64,000 bases of DNA from Bacteroidia bacterium (GTDB lineage: Bacteria; Bacteroidota; Bacteroidia; B-17B0; Aurantibacillaceae): positions 45,428-109,427 of the forward strand of contig JBILCU010000012.1 of the NCBI GenBank assembly GCA_044352985.1. The letters run 5' to 3'. Under the pieces are notes generated by a model. It was not told where the DNA came from, did no database searches, and saw nothing but the letters and a program-made list of their open reading frames with translations. How positions within the stretch are numbered: the first letter of the stretch is position 1; each line of letters starts with the position of its first letter. This document shows, one piece after another, positions 19,618 to 30,782 of the stretch. A program made the translations under genes and the position numbers.

Positions 19618-20925
19618 TTAATTGCTAATAGTGTTAGTTTTTAAATTTGACTCAACAATGCTTACAACATAAATTAAACTTAAACACATCAAGAATATAA
19701 TTGTAAATGGATTAAGCGAAGCTGTTAACCATGACTCAAACTGATTGGAGAAAATTACTGCAAACAGCAAAGGAAAAACTGATTTACTCATTTTAGATAG
19801 TTTAATAATTATCCCAATTAAACCAAATAAAAATGCAGTCAATCCAATAAGACCAGTATCTAACCATAATGTAAGATAAGCATTATGCGCAGCACCCTGA
19901 TGACCTAATTTGCTTAGCATAGAAAAATTTAACTTGTAAAGATATTCAGTGTATGAAAAGCCTCTTCCTAAAAAGAAATTATATTCAATGTTTTTCCAAG
20001 CAAATTCCCATGCAACTAATCTACCTGAACCGTTTTTAAGAGTATCAATTCTGAAATATTTCTCTAAACCTAAATTAATAATAATTGATTCAAAGTTTAA
20101 ACTAACGTATTCATAAGATATAATAAATATTATTAGTAAAAGGAAACTCAAAAATGGGGATAATTTATTGAAATAACGGAAAATTAAAAATATACCAACA
20201 GCAATAATTGAACTTCTCGCACCACATAATATTAATGAAATAACTATAAAAAAATATATAAATAACTTCTGTCTTGAAGTAAATAATTCTTTAAAAAGCT
20301 CATTTGAAATGGTGAAAAAACAAAAGTAAAGAAAAGCGTAAATTCCTAATCCGTTTGGATTTCCTAAAATTCCTCTATATCGATTTGCTAATGTTACAAA
20401 ATTTGAATTAAAAAAACGTATTATGAAACCAATTACTAAAAGTGTTGTAATAAACCATATTGTTTTTTTTATAAGCTCAACTCCATAATTTTGATATAAA
20501 TAGGAAAAGTAATTTGGAACAATAAAGAAGAGAAGGAAGTAGGATAAGGTTTTCTGAGAACCTGTGATTATATCTGGACTTTTAAATAAACAAAATGCCG
20601 CTATTACAATAAATGGAACTATAAATAAGTGAAAGTTAATTTTATTATTAATTTGCTGATATTTTTTTAAAACTACCAATGAAAGTAATATGATCAGAAT
20701 GTTTTTAATTTGACCAGCCCAAATCAAACTGGAATCCCTACTGTCTGAAAGGGTAAGTATCAATATAAAACTTAAGAATATTTCTACTTCAAAGTTTTTT
20801 TTGTAAAAAATAAAAAAACTTATTGGAATTAAAAAAAGAGCAATTGGAGAAAATATGATACCTAATAATACCCAAACTAAGCAAGTTGTAATAAACTGAA
20901 AATTTTCTCTTAAATAGAGTAGCAA
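19618..20925 (-). CDS. O-antigen ligase/polymerase-like polytopic membrane protein (Wzy/WaaL family)
   Basis: At least 10 predicted hydrophobic spans, at the head of the glycan-synthesis gene string. TTG start is the first canonical start after the in-frame stop. Confidence 0.6.
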   Translation of the reverse strand: MLLYLRENFQFITTCLVWVLLGIIFSPIALFLIPISFFIFYKKNFEVEIFLSFILILTLSDSRDSSLIWAGQIKNILIILLSLVVLKKYQQINNKINFHLFIVPFIVIAAFCLFKSPDIITGSQKTLSYFLLFFIVPNYFSYLYQNYGVELIKKTIWFITTLLVIGFIIRFFNSNFVTLANRYRGILGNPNGLGIYAFLYFCFFTISNELFKELFTSRQKLFIYFFIVISLILCGARSSIIAVGIFLIFRYFNKLSPFLSFLLLIIFIISYEYVSLNFESIIINLGLEKYFRIDTLKNGSGRLVAWEFAWKNIEYNFFLGRGFSYTEYLYKLNFSMLSKLGHQGAAHNAYLTLWLDTGLIGLTAFLFGLIGIIIKLSKMSKSVFPLLFAVIFSNQFESWLTASLNPFTIIFLMCLSLIYVVSIVESNLKTNTISN

Positions 20926-20955
20926 ATTTTTTAGATTTAATATTTATATACAAGC

Positions 20956-20979
20956 AAAAACGCCCGATTGGGCGTTTTT
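20956..20979 (-). terminator. rho-independent terminator downstream of clpC
   Basis: AAAAACGCCC-GATT-GGGCGTTTTT hairpin with a U-run on the minus strand, 6 nt after the clpC stop. Confidence 0.7.
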
Positions 20980-20984
20980 AATTA

Positions 20985-23525
20985 TTATTCTTCCTTTTTC
21001 TTTCTTTTATCTTGTTTAGGTTTAATTACCTGTACAAAAACTTCATTTTTTTCTTTATCAAAAGCAACTTCGATGATGTCACCTTCAGCGGGAGAGGTTT
21101 TAATGATTTCCTCGGCTAATGGATCTTCTACGTATTTTTGAATGGCTCTTTTTAAAGGACGCGCACCATATTGAGCATCGTATCCTTTTTCTTCGATATA
21201 GTTTTTGGCATCTTCTGTAATTTGCACATTATAACCTAATCCATTCAACCTTCCATATAATTTAGCCAACTCTATATCAATGATTTTATGAATTTCTTCT
21301 TTACCAAGAGAGTTAAACATAATGACATCATCAATTCTATTTAAAAACTCAGGAGCAAATGCTTTTTTCAAAGCATTTTCAACAACACCTTTAGAATTAT
21401 CTTCTGTTGATTCTTTCTTTGCTTGGGTACCAAAACCTACACCTTGCCCAAAATCTTTTAATTGTCTGGCCCCAATGTTTGAAGTCATTATGATTATGGT
21501 ATTCTTGAAATCAATTTTTCTTCCTAAACTATCGGTTAACATACCGTCATCAAGAACTTGCAATAACATGTTAAATACATCCGGATGCGCTTTTTCTATT
21601 TCATCTAATAATACAACAGAATATGGTCTACGACGAACTTTTTCGGTTAATTGACCACCTTCTTCGTAACCAACATATCCCGGAGGAGCACCAATTAAAC
21701 GAGTTACAGCAAATTTTTCCATGTATTCACTCATGTCTATTCTTATCAATGCATCATCATTGTCGAATAAATATTTAGATAAGATTTTTGCCAATTGAGT
21801 CTTACCAACACCTGTAGGCCCTAGGAAAATAAACGAACCAATTGGTTTATTTGGGTCTTTTAAGCCTGCACGATTACGTTGTATTGCTTTAACAACTTTT
21901 GCAACTGCTTGATCTTGACCAATCACCTTACCTTTCATTTCTTCGCCCATCACCAATAATTTATTGGTTTCATTTTGGTTTACGCGTTGAACAGGAATTC
22001 CACTCATCATGGAAACAACCTCTGCAACATTATCTTCTGTTACGGTAACCTTATTGTTTTTGGTTTCTTCTTCCCATGCTTTTTTAGCAACTTCTAATTG
22101 CGTTTGTAAGTTTTTTTCAACATCACGCAATTTAGCAGCCTCTTCATATTTCTGACTTCTTACAACTCTGTTTTTTTCTTCTTTAATGTCTTCAATTTTT
22201 TTCTCTATATCTAATACATTTTGAGGTACATTTATATTAGTTATGTGAACTCGAGATCCTGCTTCATCTAACGCATCAATGGCTTTATCTGGTAAATGAC
22301 GGTCAGTTATATACCTTGCAGTTAATGATACACATGCTTTTAAAGCTTCATCAGTATAAATTACATTATGATGATCTTCGTATTTTTGCTTTATGTTGTT
22401 TAGAATTTGTAATGCTTCTTCGGGTGTAGCGGGCTCAACCAATACCTTTTGAAAACGTCTTTCTAAAGCACCATCTTTTTCAATGTACTGGCGATATTCA
22501 TCTAATGTAGTTGCTCCAATGCACTGAATTTCACCTCTTGCTAAAGCAGGTTTAAACATGTTACTAGCGTCTAAAGAGCCGCTAGCTCCACCTGCGCCAA
22601 TGATGGTATGAATTTCATCAATGAATAAAATCACATCAGGAGATTTTTCCAATTCATTCATTACCGCTTTCATTCTCTCTTCAAATTGACCACGGTATTT
22701 TGTTCCTGCAACTAATGATGCAAGATCTAATGTAACAACACGTTTGTTAAATAAAACACGAGAAACTTTTCGTTGAATGATTCTTAATGCTAAACCTTCA
22801 GCTATAGCTGATTTACCAACACCAGGTTCACCAATTAAAATCGGATTGTTCTTTTTACGACGAGATAAAATTTGAGATACTCGCTCAATCTCTTTTTCTC
22901 TTCCAACAATAGGATCTAATTTTCCGTCCTCAGCCATTTTGGTAAGATCTCTTCCAAAATTATCTAACACCGGAGTTTTAGATTTTGATTCGCCTGGTTT
23001 TTTAGGTTGAGAAGAAGAACCAAATGTTGAATCAGCATCGTCATCGTCATCAGAGGTTGGTCCTTCCATACGAATATCATCGCTTGGATTTTTTAATTGT
23101 TCTTCTAATTCAGCACGAACAGAGTCATAATTAATTCCAAATTTTGATAGTGATTTTGTTACTATATTATCATTGTCTTTTAAAATACAAAGCAATAAAT
23201 GCTCAGTTCCAATTTCATTAGATTTAAATGATTTTGCCTCTAAATAAGTTAATTTTAGGGCTTTTTCAGCTTGCTTAATTAACGGAATATTAGATAAATT
23301 ACTGATTCGTTTGGATGAAGTTCCTAAATTGCCTTCAATAATTTTTCTTAAATCCTGTAAATTCACCTGGGCATTTTTTAATAACTTAATTGCCATTCCA
23401 TCTCCATCTCTTATCATGCCAAGCATTAAATGTTCTAAACCAATATATTCATGGCCAAGACGTAAGGCTTCTTCCCTGCTGTAAGTGATTACATCTTTAA
23501 CTCTTGGAGAAAATTTTGCTTCCAT
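20985..23525 (-). CDS. clpC: ATP-dependent Clp protease ATP-binding subunit ClpC-type (class I AAA+)
   Basis: Double Clp_N repeat and two Walker A sites ([16 protein letters not shown]). A short UVR-type middle domain ([15 protein letters not shown]) is present rather than a long ClpB M-domain. VGFG ClpP-docking-type loop. Confidence 0.9.
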   Translation of the reverse strand: MEAKFSPRVKDVITYSREEALRLGHEYIGLEHLMLGMIRDGDGMAIKLLKNAQVNLQDLRKIIEGNLGTSSKRISNLSNIPLIKQAEKALKLTYLEAKSFKSNEIGTEHLLLCILKDNDNIVTKSLSKFGINYDSVRAELEEQLKNPSDDIRMEGPTSDDDDDADSTFGSSSQPKKPGESKSKTPVLDNFGRDLTKMAEDGKLDPIVGREKEIERVSQILSRRKKNNPILIGEPGVGKSAIAEGLALRIIQRKVSRVLFNKRVVTLDLASLVAGTKYRGQFEERMKAVMNELEKSPDVILFIDEIHTIIGAGGASGSLDASNMFKPALARGEIQCIGATTLDEYRQYIEKDGALERRFQKVLVEPATPEEALQILNNIKQKYEDHHNVIYTDEALKACVSLTARYITDRHLPDKAIDALDEAGSRVHITNINVPQNVLDIEKKIEDIKEEKNRVVRSQKYEEAAKLRDVEKNLQTQLEVAKKAWEEETKNNKVTVTEDNVAEVVSMMSGIPVQRVNQNETNKLLVMGEEMKGKVIGQDQAVAKVVKAIQRNRAGLKDPNKPIGSFIFLGPTGVGKTQLAKILSKYLFDNDDALIRIDMSEYMEKFAVTRLIGAPPGYVGYEEGGQLTEKVRRRPYSVVLLDEIEKAHPDVFNMLLQVLDDGMLTDSLGRKIDFKNTIIIMTSNIGARQLKDFGQGVGFGTQAKKESTEDNSKGVVENALKKAFAPEFLNRIDDVIMFNSLGKEEIHKIIDIELAKLYGRLNGLGYNVQITEDAKNYIEEKGYDAQYGARPLKRAIQKYVEDPLAEEIIKTSPAEGDIIEVAFDKEKNEVFVQVIKPKQDKRKKKEE

Positions 23526-23580
23526 AATTATAATTTTATTGTGATGTTAATTATCAATTCGTAACATATTACTATATTTT

Positions 23581-23588
23581 CAAAAATA
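23581..23588 (-). promoter_or_regulatory. TAnnTTTG -7 box (TATTTTTG on the minus strand) upstream of clpC
   Basis: Exact motif 56 nt upstream of the clpC ATG. Confidence 0.3.
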
Positions 23589-23774
23589 CTATTTTGAATT
23601 GAGTACCCCTTTGTGATTTATCGTTTTTTTCAACAGAAAAAATGTTAATAAATATAATCAAAGGTTCAAATCAATATAAGTAAATTCGGTCTTTTGTAAA
23701 TATAAACACAAATACACAAAATCACAAAAGTGTGATTAGAAATTATAGAAATTTAATAATCTCAAAATAATAAT

Positions 23775-26327
23775 ATGGCTGAAAATGAAAAAATAATCCC
23801 TATCAATATTGAAGATGAAATGAAAACAGCCTACATCGATTATTCTATGTCGGTTATTGTTTCAAGAGCTTTACCTGACGTAAGAGATGGTTTAAAGCCT
23901 GTTCATCGCCGTGTATTGTATGGGATGTTGGAGTTGGGAGTTTTACACAATCGTCCTTATAAAAAATCTGCTCGTATTGTCGGTGAGGTATTAGGTAAAT
24001 ACCACCCTCACGGTGATTCATCTGTTTACGATACCATGGTGCGAATGGCACAGGATTGGAGTTTGCGCTATCCTTTAGTAGATGGGCAAGGAAATTACGG
24101 AAGTATTGACGGAGATCCTCCTGCGGCTATGCGTTATACGGAAGCACGCCTCAGAAAAATTGCTGAGGAAATGTTGAACGATATTGAAAAAGAAACAGTT
24201 GATTTTAGGCCAAATTTTGATGATTCTTTACAAGAACCTACTGTTCTACCTACAAAAATACCTAACCTACTAATTAATGGGGCATCTGGTATTGCTGTTG
24301 GTATGGCTACTAACATGGCTCCACATAATTTAAAGGAAATTTGTGAAGCTTGTATTGCTTATGTTGATAATAAAAACATCGACATTGAAGGGTTAATGCA
24401 ATTTGTAAAAGCGCCGGATTTTCCAACAGGAGGCACTATATATGGATACTCTGGTGTAAAAGAAGCTTTTCAAACGGGCAGAGGAAGAATTATTTTAAGA
24501 GCAAAGGCAAATATCGAAACTTACAAAGATCGTGAGCGCATTGTTGTAAATGAAATTCCTTATCAGCTTAATAAAGCTGAAATGATTAAGAAACAATGGG
24601 ATTTATGCAATGAGAAGAAAATTGAAGGAATCACTGAAATTAGAGATGAAAGTGATCGCGATGGTATGCGTATCGTTTATGAATTAAAACGTGACGCGGT
24701 TTCGGGGGTTGTTTTAAATAATCTTTATAAATATACTTCTCTACAAACATCTTTTTCTGTAAACAATATTGCTTTAGTTAATGGCCGACCATTAATGTTA
24801 AATCTTCGAGATCAAATTCAGTATTTTGTTGAGCATCGTTTAGATGTTATTGTAAGAAGAACAAAATATGAATTAGCGCAAGCTGAAAAGCGTGCTCATA
24901 TTTTAGAAGGTTTACTTATTGCAATTGATAATCTGGATGAAGTGATTCGAATCATTAGAGAATCTGTTTCTCCTGAAATTGCAAAAGATGAGTTGATGGG
25001 TAAATTCAATTTATCAGAAATTCAATCACGCGCTATTCTTGATATGCGTTTAAGAACTTTAACTGGTCTTGAAAGAGATAAGTTAAAAGAGGAATATGCT
25101 GAGTTAATGAAACACATCAATTATTTAAAAGATATTTTAAACAATGAGCCACTCAGAATGCAAATTGTAAAAGATGAATTAACAGAGGTAAAAGAAAAAT
25201 ATGGTGATGGGCGTAAAACAGATATCGTTTACGCAGGTGACGATATTCGAATGGAAGATATTATTGCTGATGAAGATGTGGTGATAACCATTTCTCATAT
25301 GGGTTATATCAAACGTACCAGTTTAACTGAATACAAATCGCAAAATCGTGGTGGAAGAGGTTCAAAAGGTTCTGCAACCCGAGACGAAGATTTTATCGAA
25401 CACATGTTCATTGCTTCAACTCACGCCTATTTATTATTGTTTACTGAAAAAGGACAAGTGTTTTGGTTAAGAGCTTATGAAGTTCCGGAAGGAAATAAAA
25501 CAAGTAAAGGAAGAGCAATTCAAAACTTATTAAATATTCCTGCTGAAGATAAGGTTAAAGCATTTATCAATGTGAAGAGTTTATCAGAAGAAGATTACAT
25601 TAATAATAATTACATCGTTCTTTGCACCAAAGAAGGTATCATTAAGAAAACAACCCTTGAGGCATATTCACGTCCAAGAGCAAATGGTATCAATGCTATT
25701 ACCATTCGTGAAGGAGATCAGTTGTTGGAAGCAGCGCTTACTAATGGCAAGAATGAAATCATGATTGCTACTAAATTTGGTAAAGTTTGTCGATTCAACG
25801 AAGAAAAAGTTCGTCCGATGGGCAGAAATGCATCAGGTGTTATTGCAGTTGATTTAAATGATGAAGATGGTGCAAAAAATGAAGTGATTGGAATGATCTG
25901 TATTGATGATTTACAATCTAACGTATTGGTTGTTTCTGAAAAAGGATATGGCAAACGTTCTGAAATTGATGAATACCGTATTACTAATCGTGGAGGAAAA
26001 GGAGTTAAAACCATAAATGTCACTGATAAAACGGGGCACTTGGTTGCTATAAAATCAGTAACCGACCAAAACGATTTAATGATTATAACTAAAAATGGAA
26101 TTACCATTCGTTTGAACATTGCATCTCTTAGAGTTATGGGACGTGCAACTCAAGGAGTTCGTTTAATCAATATTCAGGAAAGCGATGAAATTGCAGCAGT
26201 AACTAAAGTTGATCATGAGGACGAAGAAGATCTAAATATAAATTCAACGGAAACATTGGATTCAGAAAATGCCTCAGAAAACGATACAGCAGCATCTGAA
26301 AATACACCAACGGACGATAATGCTTAA
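23775..26327 (+). CDS. gyrA: DNA gyrase subunit A
   Basis: [14 protein letters not shown], catalytic-Tyr region AAMRYTE, C-terminal beta-pinwheel repeats and an acidic tail. Confidence 0.95.
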   Translation: MAENEKIIPINIEDEMKTAYIDYSMSVIVSRALPDVRDGLKPVHRRVLYGMLELGVLHNRPYKKSARIVGEVLGKYHPHGDSSVYDTMVRMAQDWSLRYPLVDGQGNYGSIDGDPPAAMRYTEARLRKIAEEMLNDIEKETVDFRPNFDDSLQEPTVLPTKIPNLLINGASGIAVGMATNMAPHNLKEICEACIAYVDNKNIDIEGLMQFVKAPDFPTGGTIYGYSGVKEAFQTGRGRIILRAKANIETYKDRERIVVNEIPYQLNKAEMIKKQWDLCNEKKIEGITEIRDESDRDGMRIVYELKRDAVSGVVLNNLYKYTSLQTSFSVNNIALVNGRPLMLNLRDQIQYFVEHRLDVIVRRTKYELAQAEKRAHILEGLLIAIDNLDEVIRIIRESVSPEIAKDELMGKFNLSEIQSRAILDMRLRTLTGLERDKLKEEYAELMKHINYLKDILNNEPLRMQIVKDELTEVKEKYGDGRKTDIVYAGDDIRMEDIIADEDVVITISHMGYIKRTSLTEYKSQNRGGRGSKGSATRDEDFIEHMFIASTHAYLLLFTEKGQVFWLRAYEVPEGNKTSKGRAIQNLLNIPAEDKVKAFINVKSLSEEDYINNNYIVLCTKEGIIKKTTLEAYSRPRANGINAITIREGDQLLEAALTNGKNEIMIATKFGKVCRFNEEKVRPMGRNASGVIAVDLNDEDGAKNEVIGMICIDDLQSNVLVVSEKGYGKRSEIDEYRITNRGGKGVKTINVTDKTGHLVAIKSVTDQNDLMIITKNGITIRLNIASLRVMGRATQGVRLINIQESDEIAAVTKVDHEDEEDLNINSTETLDSENASENDTAASENTPTDDNA

Positions 26328-26384
26328 AAATGGCACCATTTATGGTAACAAAAATTTTAATTTTGAAAACAAACTAAATCTGTA

Positions 26385-29267
26385 ATGAAAAAGAAAAACT
26401 ATTTAGCACTTGCAGCCGGAATTCTAATGACAACCGGATTGTTTGCTCAACCAACCTTAATTGAAAAAGTAGAACCGAAACCTGATAAAGTGGTAATTCC
26501 ATACGAAAGATGGAAACTGCCAAATGGGTTAACCATTTTATTGCACGAAGATCACTCCGATCCAGTTGTTCATGTACAGGTTACTTATAAAGTAGGTTCA
26601 AACCGTGAAGATATTGGTAAATCAGGTTTTGCTCATTTTTTTGAGCATATGATGTTCCAAGGGTCAAAGCACGTGGCAGATGAAGAACATTTTAAGATGG
26701 TTTCAACTGCAGGTGGAACTATGAATGGGTTTACAGAACGTGACAAAACAGTTTATTTCGAAACCTTGCCTTCTAACTATTTAGAAATGGCTTTGTGGTT
26801 GGAGTCTGATCGTATGGGCTTTTTATTAGACTCACTAACATCAAAAAAATTCGAGAATCAACGTGATGCTGTTAAAAATGAAAAATCTCAAAATGTAGAA
26901 AACCAACCTTACGCATTAGCTTATGTTGAAGAAATCAATAAAGCTATTTATCCAATGGGGCATCCGTATAGCTGGCCGGTTATAGGATATGTTGATGATT
27001 TAAACAGAGCATCTTTAGATGATGTTAAAAATTTCTTTTTAAGATGGTATGGTCCAAACAATGCTATTTTAACCATTTCGGGTGATTTTGATCCAAAATC
27101 AGCTTTGGATATTGCTGACAAATATTTCGGAAACTTAAAACAATGTCCTGAGGTTAAAAAGTTTAATCCTAAGGAATTAACTACTCGTTTTCCGTATGAT
27201 TTAGCAACTGATAAATACACCAAATACAAAGACAGAACCTATTTTCCTCTTAACTTAAGGGCATATCCAACTGTTCCACAATATCATAGAGATGAAGCAG
27301 CTTTAGATTTGCTTTCTACAATGATGGGATCTGGAAATAATTCTATTTTCTATAAAAATTTTGTTAAAAGTAAATTGGCTATTGAAGCACAAGTTGAGCA
27401 TGAGTCAAGTGAGTTAGCTGGTGAGTTTAGATTTGGATTGTTCTGTTATCCACCTCCATTTGATGATTTTGATATCGAAAAACTATTTAAAGAAATTGAT
27501 GCAAAAGTAAAAAGCACAATAGATGAGTTTGAACAAACGGGCATTACTGATGAAGCATTGCTAAGAGCTAAAGCAAGTTATGAAACAGGACAATACAATG
27601 GTTTATCAAGCGTGATGGGTAAAGCAATGGTTGTTTCTGAATGGGAGAGATTATTAGGTAAATCATCAAGTATTTCTGAGGAAATTGATAGATACAATAA
27701 AGTTACAAAAGAAGACATTATCCGAGTTTTTAATAAATACATTAAAGGATCTGGAGCTGCAGTACTGAATACTTACCCAATATTTAATCCAAAGGATTCC
27801 GTTAAAAGCTTTAATCCTTATGCAGGTGGTACTTTTCCTTCAAATCCTGATTATAAAGGCTTGAGTTATAGTCCAACACCTGATAAATTTAATCGTGCTG
27901 ATCGTCCGGTGGCTGGCGCAGTAAAACCTGTAAAAACACCTGATTACTTTAACTATAAGTTAAGTAATGGATTAACAGTTATAGGTACAAAAAACACCGA
28001 AACTCCTGAAATTACTCTTTATATGACTATGGAAGGTGGTAGTTTAGTGTTAAATGGAGATCAAGTTAAAAAATTAGGTGTTGCAGAAATGACAGCTAAT
28101 TTAATGAATGAGAGCACAAAAAAATTCACAACCGAACAAATAAGTGCTGAGTTAGAAAAATTAGGTAGCAGCATCAGTTTCAGTGCAAGTAAAACACAAA
28201 CATTTATTAGTGTAGAATGTTTAAAAAAGAACTTAGATGCTACTATTAAGTTGTTAGAAGAAAAATTATTAAATCCGGCATTCAAAGAAGAAGATTTTAA
28301 TTTGGCAAAAAAACAATATAAAGAGGCTATTCGTAACGAAGGCACAAGTGCAAATACAATGGCAAGTAAAGCTTTTGATATCGCATTATATGGTAATACC
28401 GTAATGGGTTTACAGCCTTCAATTAAATCTATTGAAGCAATAACATTGCAGGACATTAAAGATTATTATAATAATTTTTATTCTCCTAGTGGTACTAACT
28501 TAGTTATTGTTGGTGATGTTGATGAGGCTGAAGTAAAACCAAAATTGGAATTCTTAACTAAATGGGCAGCAAAAGAAATTAAAATGCAACCGGTTACAGA
28601 AGTTGCCGCTACTCCTGAACCACAGTTCTTTATTTATAATAAAGACGCAGCACCTTCTTCAGTAATCATGATGGGTTACCCTTCTTTAAAATACGATGCT
28701 ACAGGAGATTTTTATAAAAACCGTATCGCTAATTTTATTTTCGGAGGTAACTTCAATAGTCGTTTAAATTTAAATTTAAGAGAAGAAAAAGGCTATACTT
28801 ACGGAATCCGTTCTAGCTTTAGTGGTGATAAATATAATGGACGTTTTATGATTAATTCATCTGTAAAACGTTCTGCTACTGCTGCCTCTTTAGCTGAAAT
28901 TATGAAAGAATTTAAAAAATACCAAGCGGATGGTATTACTGATAAGGAGTTAGAATTTACTAAAAATTCTTTATTGAATGAAGAAGCATTGAAGTATGAA
29001 GCTCCTTATCAAAAAGCATCTTTCTTGGCTAACATTGCTAGAAATAATTTAGATAAAGATTATACTGCTAAACAAAATCAATTATTAAAATCAATTACTA
29101 AAGATGAAGTTAATCAACAAATCAAAAAGTATTTTGATGCAAATAAATTAACTACTGTAATTGCAGGAGATAAATACTTAATTGAAAAACAATTAGACGA
29201 AGTAAAAGATAATCAAAACAAGGAAACTTTAAAGAAAGTGAAATTGAAAAAAATCACTATTGATTAA
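26385..29267 (+). CDS. secreted double-length M16 family zinc peptidase
   Basis: Signal peptide and HxxEH (FAHFFEHMMFQGS). The second M16-like half has NLREEKGYTYGIRS. Confidence 0.85.
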   Translation: MKKKNYLALAAGILMTTGLFAQPTLIEKVEPKPDKVVIPYERWKLPNGLTILLHEDHSDPVVHVQVTYKVGSNREDIGKSGFAHFFEHMMFQGSKHVADEEHFKMVSTAGGTMNGFTERDKTVYFETLPSNYLEMALWLESDRMGFLLDSLTSKKFENQRDAVKNEKSQNVENQPYALAYVEEINKAIYPMGHPYSWPVIGYVDDLNRASLDDVKNFFLRWYGPNNAILTISGDFDPKSALDIADKYFGNLKQCPEVKKFNPKELTTRFPYDLATDKYTKYKDRTYFPLNLRAYPTVPQYHRDEAALDLLSTMMGSGNNSIFYKNFVKSKLAIEAQVEHESSELAGEFRFGLFCYPPPFDDFDIEKLFKEIDAKVKSTIDEFEQTGITDEALLRAKASYETGQYNGLSSVMGKAMVVSEWERLLGKSSSISEEIDRYNKVTKEDIIRVFNKYIKGSGAAVLNTYPIFNPKDSVKSFNPYAGGTFPSNPDYKGLSYSPTPDKFNRADRPVAGAVKPVKTPDYFNYKLSNGLTVIGTKNTETPEITLYMTMEGGSLVLNGDQVKKLGVAEMTANLMNESTKKFTTEQISAELEKLGSSISFSASKTQTFISVECLKKNLDATIKLLEEKLLNPAFKEEDFNLAKKQYKEAIRNEGTSANTMASKAFDIALYGNTVMGLQPSIKSIEAITLQDIKDYYNNFYSPSGTNLVIVGDVDEAEVKPKLEFLTKWAAKEIKMQPVTEVAATPEPQFFIYNKDAAPSSVIMMGYPSLKYDATGDFYKNRIANFIFGGNFNSRLNLNLREEKGYTYGIRSSFSGDKYNGRFMINSSVKRSATAASLAEIMKEFKKYQADGITDKELEFTKNSLLNEEALKYEAPYQKASFLANIARNNLDKDYTAKQNQLLKSITKDEVNQQIKKYFDANKLTTVIAGDKYLIEKQLDEVKDNQNKETLKKVKLKKITID

Positions 29268-29289
29268 TTCAAACTTAAGTATACAATAA

Positions 29290-30627
29290 ATGAAAGGGAT
29301 TTTAACCGTACTATTAACTTCTGGTATAGTAGCTGTATATGCACAGAGCAATCAATTACAAAATACCATTAATTATTTAAAAAATAAGGAATACGATAAG
29401 GCAAAAGTAGCTGCAGATTTAGCAGCTGCTCACCCTGACACCGAAAAAAAAGCTAAGCTTTGGATGTATAGAGGTAAAGTTTATCAAGCCATTTATCAGG
29501 ATAAAGATGAAAACGTGAAAAAACTGGATTTAGAAGCGGAAGAAAAAGCAACAGAAAGTTATTTAACGTGTTTAAAATTAGATAAAGAAGACATTTACAA
29601 AGAAGAAGTTAAAGGTCTTTTTGCTGCAGCATGTGGATCACTTAGTAATAAAGCGTTGTTTTATAGTGATAATAGAGAGTTTGATAAAGCTATTAAAGCC
29701 TATGATTTATTAGAAACCGCTTTACCTTTTGATAGCGATCAATCTTTAAAAAGAAATAACATCACTAAAGAAAAAATTCTTTTTAATAGATACAAAACCT
29801 ATGTAAAAGCAGCAAATAAAGAAAAAATTGCGGAAAGTGCAAACAAGTTAATTGAGACAAAATACAAGGATCCGAGTATTTACACAGACATGATTAAAAT
29901 TTCCCTGATAGATAAAGACACTGCAAAAGCATTATCATATATCGAAAAAGGTAAATTAATGTTTGAAGAAAATTTGGATATTATTAATCAGGAAATTAAT
30001 ATTTATTTAGCGCAGAAAAAATTAGATCAGTTAAAAGATAAGTTGAATAAAGCAATTGAAGTGGCTCCGGATAACGAGGTTTTATATACCATTCTTGCTA
30101 CAATCTATCAAAAAAACAATGAGCTGGATAAAGCAGAAAGTTCTTATTTAAAAGCTTTGGAATTAAAGCCAGATTATGAAATTGCTAATTACAATTTAGG
30201 TGTTATGTATTTCAACGCAGGAAATACCTGGAATGAAAAATTAAACAACCTTCCTCCAAAAGAGACTACTAAAGCAAAAGAATACGAAACCAAAGCAAAC
30301 GAACAATTTAAAAAAGCAGTTGTATACTTAGAGAAATCTTACGAAGCATCTCCTGATAAAAACACAAAAAAACAATTACGTCAATTGTTTTTACGCTTAG
30401 GAGAAACAGAAAAAGCAGATAAATATGCCGATAAAAAACAAATTGTTGATTTAACAAAAATAAAAATGGGTATGTCAAGAAGTGAAGTTATAAGTTTGAT
30501 TGGATCTCCTGAAAATTCGTCGAGAACTCAAACAAAAGAAGGAACAACAGAATTACTAATATACTCAAAAGGATCTATAAATATAGATGCAAATGGCAAA
30601 GTAGATTATATTAACGAGACAAAATAA
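29290..30627 (+). CDS. TPR-repeat protein, secreted
   Basis: Signal peptide. TPR-like A/Y/L periodicity (ILATIYQKNNELDKAESSYLKALELKPDY). Confidence 0.6.
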   Translation: MKGILTVLLTSGIVAVYAQSNQLQNTINYLKNKEYDKAKVAADLAAAHPDTEKKAKLWMYRGKVYQAIYQDKDENVKKLDLEAEEKATESYLTCLKLDKEDIYKEEVKGLFAAACGSLSNKALFYSDNREFDKAIKAYDLLETALPFDSDQSLKRNNITKEKILFNRYKTYVKAANKEKIAESANKLIETKYKDPSIYTDMIKISLIDKDTAKALSYIEKGKLMFEENLDIINQEINIYLAQKKLDQLKDKLNKAIEVAPDNEVLYTILATIYQKNNELDKAESSYLKALELKPDYEIANYNLGVMYFNAGNTWNEKLNNLPPKETTKAKEYETKANEQFKKAVVYLEKSYEASPDKNTKKQLRQLFLRLGETEKADKYADKKQIVDLTKIKMGMSRSEVISLIGSPENSSRTQTKEGTTELLIYSKGSINIDANGKVDYINETK

Positions 30628-30650
30628 AACTAAACAAAACATCCATAAAG

Positions 30651-30680
30651 CAGTGAGTTCAGCTCACTGTTTTTGTTTTT
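30651..30680 (+). terminator. rho-independent terminator
   Basis: CAGTGAG-TTCAG-CTCACTG followed by TTTTTGTTTTT, 24 nt after the stop at 30627. Confidence 0.7.
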
Positions 30681-30782
30681 AATAACTTCAATACAATGAA
30701 ATAGCTATGTGCCAAATGCGAAATAAAATGAAAGCACATTGCTTTTTAAAATTGACAATTAAAAAAAAATAAATATCTACAA

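Noticed and set aside
21322-21654. Antisense ORFs inside long genes (for example 21322-21654, 25718-26119, 28061-28456, 32485-32826, 55076-55417, 57740-58081, 63588-63896 and 558-773)
   Set aside because: Each lies entirely within, and opposite to, a gene with strong family motifs. They have odd composition and no promoter or terminator context, and are typical shadow ORFs of an AT-rich genome.
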